Of a DNA stretch of 64,000 nt, positions 42,784-52,700 are shown in pieces. The stretch comes from Myxococcales bacterium. GTDB lineage: Bacteria; Myxococcota_A; Polyangia; Palsa-1104; SHYY01. The stretch covers positions 27,393 through 91,392 of the forward strand of contig SHYY01000001.1 of NCBI GenBank assembly GCA_009692555.1, read 5' to 3'. A model generated the notes under the pieces. It worked only from the letters and a program-made list of their open reading frames with translations. It was not told the origin of the DNA and made no database searches. The position numbers were made by a program, and so were the translations under genes. How positions within the stretch are numbered: position 1 is the stretch's first letter; every line of letters begins with the position of its first letter.

Positions 42784-44262
42784 CTACGAGGAGCAGCTCA
42801 CCACGATGTCGCGGCTCCAGTCGGGCGGCGGCGCGGCGTAGTCGGCGAACTCGGGCCGCTCGGTGAAGGGATCGGCGAGCGCCCGTCGCAGCCGCTCGAT
42901 CTCCGTGTAGTCGCGGCGGAGCGCCCGGTCGATCGCGATCTGCGCGAGGTGATTGCGGAGGACGTGGGCTGGGTTCACCCGGTCCATTCGCGCGCGGCGC
43001 GCCTCGTCGTCGCTGCCCTCGTCCCGGAGGCGCGCCCGGTAGCTCGGGAGCCAGGCGTCGAGGGCGGCCGAGGCGCCGGCCAGGGTGCCCCGCAGCGCCG
43101 CGTCGCCCGCGTCGTCCTCCAGCCGAAGGCGGCCGAGCGCGCGGAAGAGCCGCGTGTAATCGGCCCGCCCCGCTTTCATCGCCCGGAGCAGGTCCAGGAG
43201 CAGCTCGCCGTCACCGTCGCGCGCCTCGGCGAGCCCGAGCTTGCCGCGCATGAGCAGGAGGTGGCGCTCGAGGAAGGCGGGTTCGTAGGCGGCGAGCGCG
43301 GCGCGCGCCTCGTCGACGGTCATCAGCGACAGCAGCGCCTCTCCGAGGCAGCTCGCGTTCCAGAACCCGACGCTGGGCTGGCGGTGGAAGGCGTACCGCC
43401 CACGATGATCCGAGTGATTGGAGACCCACGCCGGATCGTATTCGTCGAGAAATCCGAAGGGCCCGTAGTCGAGGGTCAGCCCGAGGATCGACATGTTGTC
43501 GGTGTTCATCACCCCATGCTCGAATCCCACCGCCTGCCAGGAGGCGATCAGCCCGGCGGTGCGGCGCACCACCTCCTCGTAGAAGGCGACGAAGGCGATC
43601 GGGCGATCCGGGGTTTTTGCGAGGTGGGGAAAGTCGCGTTCGATCACGTACTCGCAGAGCCGCCGCACCTGCTCCGGCTCGCCGCGGTGGTGGAACAGCT
43701 CGAAGCTGCCGAAGCGCACGTGCGAAGGAGCGAGGCGCACCAGCAGCGCACCCGATTCGACGGTCTCGCGGTACACGTCGTCCGCGCCGCCGAGGATGCA
43801 CAGCGCCCGCGTGGTGGGGATGCCGAGCCCGTGCATCGCCTCGCTGCAGAGGTACTCGCGGAGGGTCGAGCGCAGCACCGCTCGCCCGTCGCCGTCGCGG
43901 GAAAACGGCGTCTTCCCGGCTCCCTTGACCTGCACGTCCCAGCGCTCTCCGCGGGCGTTCTTCACCTCGCCGAGCAGGATCGCCCGCCCATCGCCCAGCT
44001 GGGAAACGAAGTGGCCGAACTGGTGGCCGGCGTAGATCGCCGCGAGCGGCTCCATCCCGGGCAGCAGACGGTCGCCATTGAAGGCGGCGATCACCTCAGG
44101 GCGCTGTGCCTCGGCGGGGTCGAGATCGAGCAGCGCCGCGGCGTCGGGGCTCCAGGCGATCAGCTCGGGGCGCTGCAGCGGCGTCGGGGCGAGGAGGGAA
44201 TAGAAAACCGACGGCAGGCGCGCAAAGGTGTTGTCCCAGTGCAGCTCTTCGAGGCGCTTCAT
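42784..44262 (-). CDS. selO: Protein adenylyltransferase SelO (YdiU/UPF0061 family)
   Basis: 492 aa. Family-characteristic segments GRAILLGEV, RLAPSHVRFGSFE and GVMNTDNMSILGLTLDYGPFGF. Confidence 0.9.
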   Translation of the reverse strand: MKRLEELHWDNTFARLPSVFYSLLAPTPLQRPELIAWSPDAAALLDLDPAEAQRPEVIAAFNGDRLLPGMEPLAAIYAGHQFGHFVSQLGDGRAILLGEVKNARGERWDVQVKGAGKTPFSRDGDGRAVLRSTLREYLCSEAMHGLGIPTTRALCILGGADDVYRETVESGALLVRLAPSHVRFGSFELFHHRGEPEQVRRLCEYVIERDFPHLAKTPDRPIAFVAFYEEVVRRTAGLIASWQAVGFEHGVMNTDNMSILGLTLDYGPFGFLDEYDPAWVSNHSDHRGRYAFHRQPSVGFWNASCLGEALLSLMTVDEARAALAAYEPAFLERHLLLMRGKLGLAEARDGDGELLLDLLRAMKAGRADYTRLFRALGRLRLEDDAGDAALRGTLAGASAALDAWLPSYRARLRDEGSDDEARRARMDRVNPAHVLRNHLAQIAIDRALRRDYTEIERLRRALADPFTERPEFADYAAPPPDWSRDIVVSCSS

Positions 44263-44339
44263 CGCCCGCCATCATGCAGTCTCTCCGACGGGGGCGCCAT
44301 CCAGTTCGCCGGCCCGTCGCCGATCGCAGCCGATGTGGC

Positions 44340-44510
44340 GCCGGGCGGCGATCGGTCCATCCAGGGGGACGTTCCCCGGCGATCGCCGGGACGCCTCGCG
44401 CTGCGCGCGCAAGGAAGGCAGCCCGTCCCCCCTCCGTCGAGGTCGATGAGAGCCTGCGGCGCTGGTCGCCGGAGCCTCCCCCCACCGCGCGCGAACCGCG
44501 CGAGTCTTGG
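44340..44510. repeat. Copy 2 of the roughly 170-bp GC-rich interspersed repeat
   Basis: CCAGGGGGACGTTCCCCGGCGATCGCCGGGACGCCTCGCGCTGCGCGCGCAAGGAAGGCAGCCCGTCC ... CCTCCCCCCACCGCGCGCGAACCGCGCGAGT matches 29125-29290. Confidence 0.8.
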
Positions 44511-44545
44511 ATCGCGATCCGCGAGATCCTGGTTATTCTCTCCGC

Positions 44546-45001
44546 ATGAAGATCTTCGCCGCGCTCCTGTTCGTTCTCGCTTCCGGCTGCACCTCCGCCC
44601 CGGCCGACCGCACGCTGCCGGAAGGCGAGGCGCGCGCGCTGCTGATCGATCGCAACTGGATCGATCGCCTCCCCGAGGGCCACGGCGATCGGCTCCACGT
44701 CTTCCGCTTCGTGCCGCGGATGGGCGGCGGCGTCTACCAGGACCGCACCCTCTTCGCCGGCCAGTTCGAGCTCTTCACCTTCGAGCACACCGGCGACGAG
44801 ATCCGCTTCCGGCTCCCCCATGCCGGCGAGCGGAAGACGGTGCGCTACCGGATCGAGACGCTCGCGCCGGACCAGGCGCACGGGCCGCTCGATCTCCGCC
44901 TCACGCTCGAAGGGAGCCCGCGCGGACCGTCGGTGTACTACGGCGGGCGCACCGAGAAGGGCGATCTCGATGCGTCGCTCGAGGCGCTCTCCCGTGGCTG
45001 A
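44546..45001 (+). CDS. Small lipoprotein of unknown function (151 aa)
   Basis: MKIFAALLFVLASGCTS lipobox. Clean coding frame. Confidence 0.65.
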   Translation: MKIFAALLFVLASGCTSAPADRTLPEGEARALLIDRNWIDRLPEGHGDRLHVFRFVPRMGGGVYQDRTLFAGQFELFTFEHTGDEIRFRLPHAGERKTVRYRIETLAPDQAHGPLDLRLTLEGSPRGPSVYYGGRTEKGDLDASLEALSRG

Positions 45002-45010
45002 GGAGCGCGG

Positions 45011-45592
45011 TCAGGGAGCGGTATCCGGACTGATCCGCGGGCGGGCGCCGTCGCGGTCGGCGCGGAACCCGACCTCGAAATCGAGCACTGCGCGATCGGG
45101 CAGCGGCGTGGCGGAGTCGCCCTTCTCGCGGGCGTGCGCGATCACCTCGGCGCGCTGCCCCTCGGCGACCGCGAACACCTGGGTCGAGCGCAGCTTGAAG
45201 CGGTAGTCGTCGACGTTGGTGAAGCGGCCCGATCCATTCCCGCGGTACTCGAGGACCACCGAGAGCGTGTGCCGGCCGGGGCGGATCCGTCCCTCGAACA
45301 CCCGGAAGCCGGCGGCGGGTGGCCTCGTCTGATCGAACAGCTGGAGGAACAGCGGCGCTCCGTCGAGGAGGTAGACCGCGCGCACCAGGCGGAAGGCGGC
45401 GCCCATCGCGTGGCGGTGGTGGACGACCAGCTCGGGATCGGTGATGCGATCGGAGAGCACGCCCTCGGGCTGGTGGGCCTCGCTGCCGAGGCTCCACAGC
45501 TCGTGATCGGGATCGGGCGGCCGGAGCGTGGGCGCGCAGGCGAAGAGCAGCGCGGTGGGCGCGATCAGCAGCCTTCGCAGGGGTCCTGGCAT
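45011..45592 (-). CDS. Lipoprotein of unknown function (about 193 aa), last gene of the VIT-VWA operon
   Basis: MPGPLRRLLIAPTALLFACAPT lipobox. Clean frame. Lies downstream of the two giant VIT-VWA genes on the same strand. Confidence 0.6.
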   Translation of the reverse strand: MPGPLRRLLIAPTALLFACAPTLRPPDPDHELWSLGSEAHQPEGVLSDRITDPELVVHHRHAMGAAFRLVRAVYLLDGAPLFLQLFDQTRPPAAGFRVFEGRIRPGRHTLSVVLEYRGNGSGRFTNVDDYRFKLRSTQVFAVAEGQRAEVIAHAREKGDSATPLPDRAVLDFEVGFRADRDGARPRISPDTAP

Positions 45593-45607
45593 CGGTCGAT
45601 TGTACTG

Positions 45608-45727
45608 CCCCGTGGGCGTCCGTCCCCGAAGACCCAGGGGACGCTGTGGTGCCGCCTGCGGCGGGTCGATGAGGCTCAGTTCTCGCGGACCCAGGGGACG
45701 CTGTGGAGCCGCCTGCGGCGGGTCGAT
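45608..45727. repeat. Intergenic tandem direct repeat, 2 x about 52 bp
   Basis: ACCCAGGGGACGCTGTGG(T/A)GCCGCCTGCGGCGGGTCGATGAGGCTCAG occurs twice, separated by TTCTCGCGG. Confidence 0.85.
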
Positions 45728-45732
45728 GAGGC

Positions 45733-48700
45733 TCAGGGAGCCGCCTTCACCGACGCCAGCGCCACTTCTCGACCCGGCACCACCTCGCGGCCGCGGAGGG
45801 TGAAGGTGCGCAAGGCCACGCCGGGGCCGAAGCGGAGCGGGATGCGGGTGAGCTTCTCGTCGCTGCCGGCCTCGCCCCACAGCACCCACAGATCGGCCTC
45901 GAAGGTGCGCAGGCGATCGGCTCCGGCCGCGGGCCGGCGCACCGCGATCTGCTGGTCCCTGGCGCCCTGGCGAGCCAGCCGGATCGCCTCGATCCCGACG
46001 CTGCCACCCTGCAGGGGAGCGCGCCGCGCCACCTTCTCGTCGGGGGCGGTGATGGAGAGCTCGAGCCGCGCGTCGGGGTGCGAGGCGGTGAGGCCGATGA
46101 AGGTCTCGCTGGCCCAGGTGAGGAGGCCGTCCGAGCGGCCGCGCGCGGCCAGTCGTTCGAGGAGCGGACCGTCGCTGCGCGAGCGAGCCTCGGCACGGAG
46201 GGCGGCGAGGCGCACCGTGTTCCAGGCGCGCGCCCAGGACGGGACGTCGTTGCTACCTTCGGCGGCCGCGGTGGCCTCGGCGAGCCGCTCCTGGAGGCGG
46301 AGCGCCTCGTCGATCCTTCCCGCGCCCGCCGCCGCCTGCGCCAGGAGCAGCAGCGCCGCGCCATCGTCGGGGGTGAGCCAGGCGAGGGTGGCGTACTCGC
46401 GGTAGGCGTCCTCGAAGCGGCCGTGCGCGCGGTAGAGATCGCCGAGCCGCCTGCGGGCCCACGGATCGAACGGCGCGAACTCGACGATCTCCGAAAATGC
46501 GCGCGCCGCCTCGTCGGGCTGCGCGTGGCGAGCGAAGAACTCCCCGACCGCCTGGCGCGCCTGAAGGTCGGCCGCCGGATCGCCGCGGAGGGACCACGCC
46601 ACGCGCCGCGCCTCGTCGAGCAGCTTCGCACCCTGGGGCAGGGAAGCGGCCTCCTCGAGCAGCGCGAGCAGGCGCAGGCGGAGGGCGATGCCGTCGGGAG
46701 CGAGCGCGAGGAACTGGCGCACCACGCGGATGCGCGCCGCCGGATCGAGGGCGCGCGCGAGCTGGGAGGTGAGCAGCTCCACCGAGACACCACCGTCGAG
46801 GGCGAGGCCGCCGCGGATCGCCCGCACGTCCTCGGCGGTGCGGACCGCGCGCAGGATCTCCCGCCGCAGGTGGTCCTGGATATCGGAGCGCGCGGCGAAG
46901 CGATGGTAGAGGTCGACCTGGTAGACCGTCGTGCCGACGTGGGGACGGAGGAGGTCGAGCAGGGCGCGGCGATCGAGCCAGGTCTTGAGCTCGCAGGCCC
47001 GCTCCGCCCGTCGCCACGTCGCCATCGCGCCCTCCACGCCCGGGTTGCCGGCGAGGCGCTCGCGCCACAGCGCCCGGCGGCTGGCGAGGTATTGATGCGA
47101 TGCAGCAGAGCAGCGCTCCGTGGAGCCCAGGCGGCCGTCCTCGGCCTCGAACTGCCACGCGCGCACCACCTCGAGCGGCTTGGTATCGGGCGGTGGCGGG
47201 AGGCGCAGCGCGAGGATCGCGCGCACCATGCAGGCCTCCACCTCGGCGTTGCGCAGCGACGAGGAGATCACCTGCGCGGAGGCGACCTCGCCGGCCAGGC
47301 CGACCCGGATCCGCACCTCGACGCGGCCCGACAGCTCGGGGTGGCCGGCAGCCTTGCGGTCGTAGCAGACGCGCACGCCCTCGTCGCGACCGCCTAGGTA
47401 GCGGCGGTAGAGATCGGGCAGGCTCTGCGAACCCGAGGGCGCGGAGGTGACCCCCTCCTCGAGGGCGATCGCGCTGTCGTCCGGCGCATCGTCGCGCAGC
47501 GACGCCGGGACGTAGGTCCCCGCCTCCTCCACGCCGACCAGCGGGCGATACGAGGTGCCGCCGCCGACCACCAGCGCCGACCACGGGGTGACCAGGCCGA
47601 AGCGCGATCCGATCTCGGTCACCGCCTCGCGACCGGCGCCGCGCGCGAGCAGGTTGTCGAGCCGCCCTTGCGCCCAGCGCCGCCGGAGATCGCCGCCCTC
47701 GTCGATCGGGGCGGGGGTGAGGGCGATCTCCTCGCGGAACGGCTCGCCGTCGCGCAGGCCGCGCAGGGCGAGCTTCTTGGGAGCCTCGGTGCCGCGGACC
47801 CGGCCGATCACGCGCAGCGGCTCGCCGGCGGAGAGGGCCGCCGGGCCCGTCGGGTAGAGGACGTCGACCTCGGGGCCGAGATCGAACGACACCTCGCGCA
47901 GCGTCGGGAGCGCGGCGGCGGCGAGCACGCGGTAGGCGGCGTGGGCGGCCTGCGGGCGATCCTCCACCAGCACGGTGAGGCCGCCCGATCCGGCGATCGC
48001 GGAGAGGAGATCGAGCTTCGCATCGGCGCCGACACCGACGGAGAAGACGCGCGGCGGGTGGGCGAGGCGGGCGAGGCGATCGGCCACCCCGCCCGGAGAG
48101 AGCGCGCCCACCGTGGGGCGCCCGTCGCCGATGTAGACCACCACGCCGCGGCCACCCGGGAGCAGCGCCGCGGCCTGCGCGAGCGAGGCGCCGAGGTCGG
48201 TCGCTCCTGCGGCGGGCTGGCGCGCCAGGGCATCGAGCAGCTCCTCGGCGCGCTCGCGGGTGAGCGGGGCGAGCGGCGGTCCCGCGCCCAGAGGCCGCGC
48301 GTCGACGGAGGCGGCGAGGAGCGCCACGCGATCGCCCGGGGTGAGCTGGCGCAAGATCCCGTCGACCACCGCTTTTTCGAGATCGAGGCGCGTTGGATCG
48401 GTGCCGGCGGAGGTGTCGGCGACCAGGACGAGATCGAGCGTCGCGGGCGGCTTCCCGACGGGCGTCTCGGCGTTCACCAGCACGTAGCTCTCGGCGCCGG
48501 GCGAGCGGTAGATGCGTGCCTTGCCCTTCGCATCCGCCTCGGCGCGATCGAGCAGCTCGAGGGCGAAGTCGGCGCGCGGGCGGAAGTCGCTTCGCCGTAG
48601 CACCACCCGGGTCCCCTCGACGCGCGCTCCCATCCCCGCCTCGAGCGCGCCCGCCTCGGCCCGCGAGGCGTCCACGTCGAGCGAGAACTCGCCGAGCAGC

Positions 48701-49761
48701 GGCGCCTGCCCACCGTCGGCGCCGGCGCTGGCGGAGCCCATCGGGTAGACCCACGCGCGCCGCTTGCCGTGGCGCACCAGCCACTCGACGTAGCTCACCC
48801 GCACCGTCACGGTCTTGCCCGCGGCGACGGCGTCGAGGCGCGCGCGGTAGCGATCGGGACCGGCCCATTCGAGGGCGATCGCGCCGGCCTGCTCGCCTGG
48901 GCGCACCCGGCCGACGATCTGCGGCGCCATGCCCAGCCAATCCTCGACCGGGCTTTGGCCGTGCTCGCCGGCGATCACATCGAAGCGGCCAAGGATCGCC
49001 CCTTTCGGGAGGCGCACCGAGTAGACCCCCTCGACGATCTCCGAGCGCGGGTTGAAGAACACCTGCACCACGTCGGTGATCGCGAAGTCGCGATCGATCC
49101 GCGCCCGCACGTCGTGGCGGCGCACCAGGAGCGGCGTGCGCGCGCTGCCGATCTCGTCGCTGCGGCGCGCCGAGAGCATGCCGACGCCGGCCGGTTCGAG
49201 GGCGCGCGGCGGCCCGGGCTCGGCGAGACCGCCGGTCCAGTCGTCCCACTGCGTCTCGGGCTCCTCGACGGCGCGACCATCCGGTGAGATACGCACCGAC
49301 ATGCCGGCTTCGAGGCGGTTGGAGGTCGCGGCGGCGTAGGTGAGCTGCCCGCTGACGCAGTAGGCGCGAGCGCCCTTGGCATCGACCTCGACGGCAAAGC
49401 CGGCCGCGGTGGCGGTGAGGGTGCCTCCGGGGACGGTGACCGAGAGCGCCTCGACGTCGCGCGCATCGATCCAGGCGCGGCCGGCGCGCAGCTCCAGGCC
49501 GGCGGCGGTGACCCCGGCGCGGGTGCGGGCATCGAGGAGCGCCCAGGCGCCCCCGTCGAGATGCAGGGTGGCGCGACCCGATTCGGGCGTGCGCAGCTCG
49601 GCGCCCACCTCGACGCGCCGGTCGGTGTCGACGGGGATCGTCTCGTCGCCGCGCACCAGCACCACGCCCGGGCGCGCCGATTCGGCCAGCGCCACCGTCG
49701 GTGCGGGCGGCGCGGGTTTTGTGCAGCCGGCGAGCGCGGCGACCAGCAGGAGGCGCCTCAT
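45733..49761 (-). CDS. Giant lipoprotein B: FecR-like / VIT / VWA / TonB-C-like / TPR multidomain protein (about 1342 aa)
   Basis: MRRLLLVAALAGCTKP lipobox; the ATG overlaps the stop of gene A (ATGA). VIT-like LLVRRHDVRARIDRDFAITDVVQVFFNP. VWA region with DxSxS-like VLVADTSAGTDPT. TonB-C-like GRVEVRIRVGLAGEVASAQVISSSLRNAEVEACMVRAIL. TPR-like C-terminal region. Confidence 0.75.
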   Translation of the reverse strand: MRRLLLVAALAGCTKPAPPAPTVALAESARPGVVLVRGDETIPVDTDRRVEVGAELRTPESGRATLHLDGGAWALLDARTRAGVTAAGLELRAGRAWIDARDVEALSVTVPGGTLTATAAGFAVEVDAKGARAYCVSGQLTYAAATSNRLEAGMSVRISPDGRAVEEPETQWDDWTGGLAEPGPPRALEPAGVGMLSARRSDEIGSARTPLLVRRHDVRARIDRDFAITDVVQVFFNPRSEIVEGVYSVRLPKGAILGRFDVIAGEHGQSPVEDWLGMAPQIVGRVRPGEQAGAIALEWAGPDRYRARLDAVAAGKTVTVRVSYVEWLVRHGKRRAWVYPMGSASAGADGGQAPLLGEFSLDVDASRAEAGALEAGMGARVEGTRVVLRRSDFRPRADFALELLDRAEADAKGKARIYRSPGAESYVLVNAETPVGKPPATLDLVLVADTSAGTDPTRLDLEKAVVDGILRQLTPGDRVALLAASVDARPLGAGPPLAPLTRERAEELLDALARQPAAGATDLGASLAQAAALLPGGRGVVVYIGDGRPTVGALSPGGVADRLARLAHPPRVFSVGVGADAKLDLLSAIAGSGGLTVLVEDRPQAAHAAYRVLAAAALPTLREVSFDLGPEVDVLYPTGPAALSAGEPLRVIGRVRGTEAPKKLALRGLRDGEPFREEIALTPAPIDEGGDLRRRWAQGRLDNLLARGAGREAVTEIGSRFGLVTPWSALVVGGGTSYRPLVGVEEAGTYVPASLRDDAPDDSAIALEEGVTSAPSGSQSLPDLYRRYLGGRDEGVRVCYDRKAAGHPELSGRVEVRIRVGLAGEVASAQVISSSLRNAEVEACMVRAILALRLPPPPDTKPLEVVRAWQFEAEDGRLGSTERCSAASHQYLASRRALWRERLAGNPGVEGAMATWRRAERACELKTWLDRRALLDLLRPHVGTTVYQVDLYHRFAARSDIQDHLRREILRAVRTAEDVRAIRGGLALDGGVSVELLTSQLARALDPAARIRVVRQFLALAPDGIALRLRLLALLEEAASLPQGAKLLDEARRVAWSLRGDPAADLQARQAVGEFFARHAQPDEAARAFSEIVEFAPFDPWARRRLGDLYRAHGRFEDAYREYATLAWLTPDDGAALLLLAQAAAGAGRIDEALRLQERLAEATAAAEGSNDVPSWARAWNTVRLAALRAEARSRSDGPLLERLAARGRSDGLLTWASETFIGLTASHPDARLELSITAPDEKVARRAPLQGGSVGIEAIRLARQGARDQQIAVRRPAAGADRLRTFEADLWVLWGEAGSDEKLTRIPLRFGPGVALRTFTLRGREVVPGREVALASVKAAP

Positions 49762-52700
49762 CGGATCACCGCCACCTTCCCCGTGACGTGATCCACGGCG
49801 AGCTCGAAGCCGGTCACGCCGGGAGCGAACTGCAGCGGGACCACCGCCACCCGCTCGCCCTTGCCGCCCTCGTCCAGGACCACCGTCACCGCGGCCTCGT
49901 AGCGCAGCGCCGCCGACGGCGAGGTGCGCTTGACGACGATCCGCGCCGGGCCGACCAGCGGATCGAGGCTCGCCTCCGAGGCCAGGCCGAACTCGGGCGC
50001 CACCGACGACGCGGGCGCGAGGGGCGCGCCGGGGAGCTGGAGCGACAGCTCGCAGTCGGCCTCGGGGTGCGCCCAGGTGAGGTAGACGCGCAGCGGGCGC
50101 GCCTCGCGGAGCACACCGGTGCGGCGGGCGCGACCCATCAGCCGGGCCAGCTCCGCCGCGTCGCCGCGCGACTTCTCGCGGAGCAGCGACTGCCGCAGCG
50201 ACGACCACCACAGCGCGACCCGCGCGATCCCCGATTCGCCGCCCGGCTCGGTGCCCGCGGCGACCCGCTCGGCGAGACGCAGCCCCTCGTCGGTGCGGCC
50301 CGCGCCCGCGGCGGCCATCGCCTGGAGGAGGAGCACCGACTGATCGCCCGGCGACAGCTCGGCGAGCGTCTGGTACTGGCGGTAGGCCTCCTCGAACCAG
50401 CCGTGGGCGCGGTAGAGATCGCCGAGCCTCCGACGGGCGAGCGGGTCACGCGGGGAGAACTCGACGATCTCCGAGAAGGCGCGGCGGGCCGCACCCTCGT
50501 CCCCCTGGCGCACCAGGAACTCGCCCACCAGCGTCCGCGCCTGGGCATCGGGCGACGGGCTGCGACGCACCTCGTCGGCGATCCGCCGCGCGTCGTCGAT
50601 CCGCGACGCCGCCTCCAGCGCCTCGATCATCTTCAGCTTGAGGCGCAGGTCCTGCGGCCACTTCTGCATCAGCTGCTCCAGGCCCACCACCCGCTCCCCG
50701 TCGGTGCGCGCCTTCGCGAGCACCTCCTCGACCAGGGTCCAGCGGACGTCCTCCGAGAGCCCGAGGCCGTCGTAGACCACCCGCAGATCGGCGGCGGTGC
50801 GCACGCGACCGAGGACCGCGCGGCGGAGGAAGTCCTGCTCGGCGGGCGAGGCGTCGAAGCGGTGGTAGAGCGCCACCATCCGTGGCGCGCCGCCGCTGTG
50901 GGAGAGCATCGCCCCGAGGAGCGCGCGGCGATCGGACCACATCTTCAGCTCGCAGGTGCTGCCCGCGTCCTGCCACACCTCCATCGCGCCGCCTTCGCCG
51001 GGGTGCCGATCGAGCCGCTCGTTCCAGAGCGAGAGGCGATCGCCGAGATCGAGGCGCGAGGCGGCCGAGCAGTGGCGTGGGCGGTGCGCGGTGATCCCGA
51101 TGTGGATCCGGATGACGGTGCGATCGTCGACCGCGGCGTAGAGGTTCTGGGCGTCGGGACGGCGGCCGCGCTCCGCGAGTTGATCGAAGGCACGGCCGTC
51201 GTCTCCGTCGAGCACGTCAATTGTGGCGTCCTTGTTGCCCTTCGCGCCGAGGATCTTGAGCAGCCCCGACGAAGCAACCTCCCGGGCCATCCTCGCCCGC
51301 GCCGGCGCATCGGCGTGGCTGGAGGGCTTCTCGGCCATCGCCTTCTTGTCTTCGCCTCCGCGCAGGCCGCCGATCGAGCCGATCGAGCCGGTCGACGCGC
51401 CGAAGGAGCCGCCGCCGCCGGCGCCCTGGGCGCCCATGAGGCTGTTCAAGCGGGCCCCTTCGTCTGCCCCGCCGACATCCTCCTTCGGTGCCATCGGCGC
51501 GTTCTCCGCCTCCTCGGACTTCTCCATCATCGGGGCGGCGGGCGGTGGTGGTGGCGCCGCGGCGGTGGCCGGAGCGGAGGAACCGGAAGGCGCAGCGACG
51601 GTGACCGGCCGCGGCGGCCCCTTGAGCGCGTACAGGCCGGAGCCCACCTGCCGCTTTCCCATCTTCCCCTCCTCGCCGCGATGGCGGGAGGTCTCCTTCG
51701 CAACCTGAAGGTTGTCCGCGACTTCCACCGACGACGGGGGCGCATTCTCGCTCCTGCTGCAGCCGAACGGTCCGAGCGCTCCGAGGCCGAGCAGCGCGAT
51801 CGCCACGCCGCGCGACGCGGGCGGTAGCGGATCGAGGCGCGCCAGCTCGTCGGCGCTCGGCACGTAGAACGAGGTGAACGGCGTGATCAGGTTCTGCCGC
51901 GTGCCGAGCTCGGCGACCTCCTCGGCCGAGCCGCCCTCGGCGAGCAGCCGTGCGAGGCGCGCGGAGGCCCAGCGCAGCCGGAGATCGTCGCTGTCGGCCA
52001 TCGAGGTCGTTGTCAGCTTGCGCTGCAGCGAGAACGGCTTGCCGTCGATCAGGCCGGTGATCGTCACCTGGGTGGGCACCCCGGTGCGGACGCGGGCGAC
52101 GATCGGCAGCGCCTCGCCCTCGACGACCGTGGTGGCGGCGCGCGGATAGACCCGATCGACCCCGGCGCCGACATCCACCTTCACCCGGAAGGCCGCGCGC
52201 AGCGAGGCGTGGCCCAGCAGTCGCAGCGCGGCGTCGGCGGCGGCGGCGCGATCGCCCACCCGGAGCGCGAGCCCACCGTCGGCGGCGAGCCCGGAGAGGA
52301 GCGCGAGATCGGCGTCGTCCCCGATCCCGACACCGTAGAGGCGCAGCGGCGCGGGCAGCCGATCGAGCCGCTCGCGCAGCGCCTTGAGGTTGAGCTCACC
52401 GACGGTGGGAAAGGCATCGCCGATGTAGATCACCGCGCCCCTCCGGCCGGGCTCGAGGAGCGCCGCGGCCTGGGTGATGGTCGCGCCGAGATCCGTCGCG
52501 CCGCCGGTGCCCTGGCGCGCCAGCGCATCGAGCATCCTGTCGACGGTGGCGCGGGCGGCCGGGGCCAGAGCAGGCTTGCTCGTCGCTGGAAGCGCGCCGA
52601 CCGGGAGCACGTGAAGACCGAGATCGGCGCCGATCAGCGCCACCCGATCCTGCTCGTCGAGGTGGCGGAGGAGCGCCTCGGCGACGGTACGGGCGAGCTG

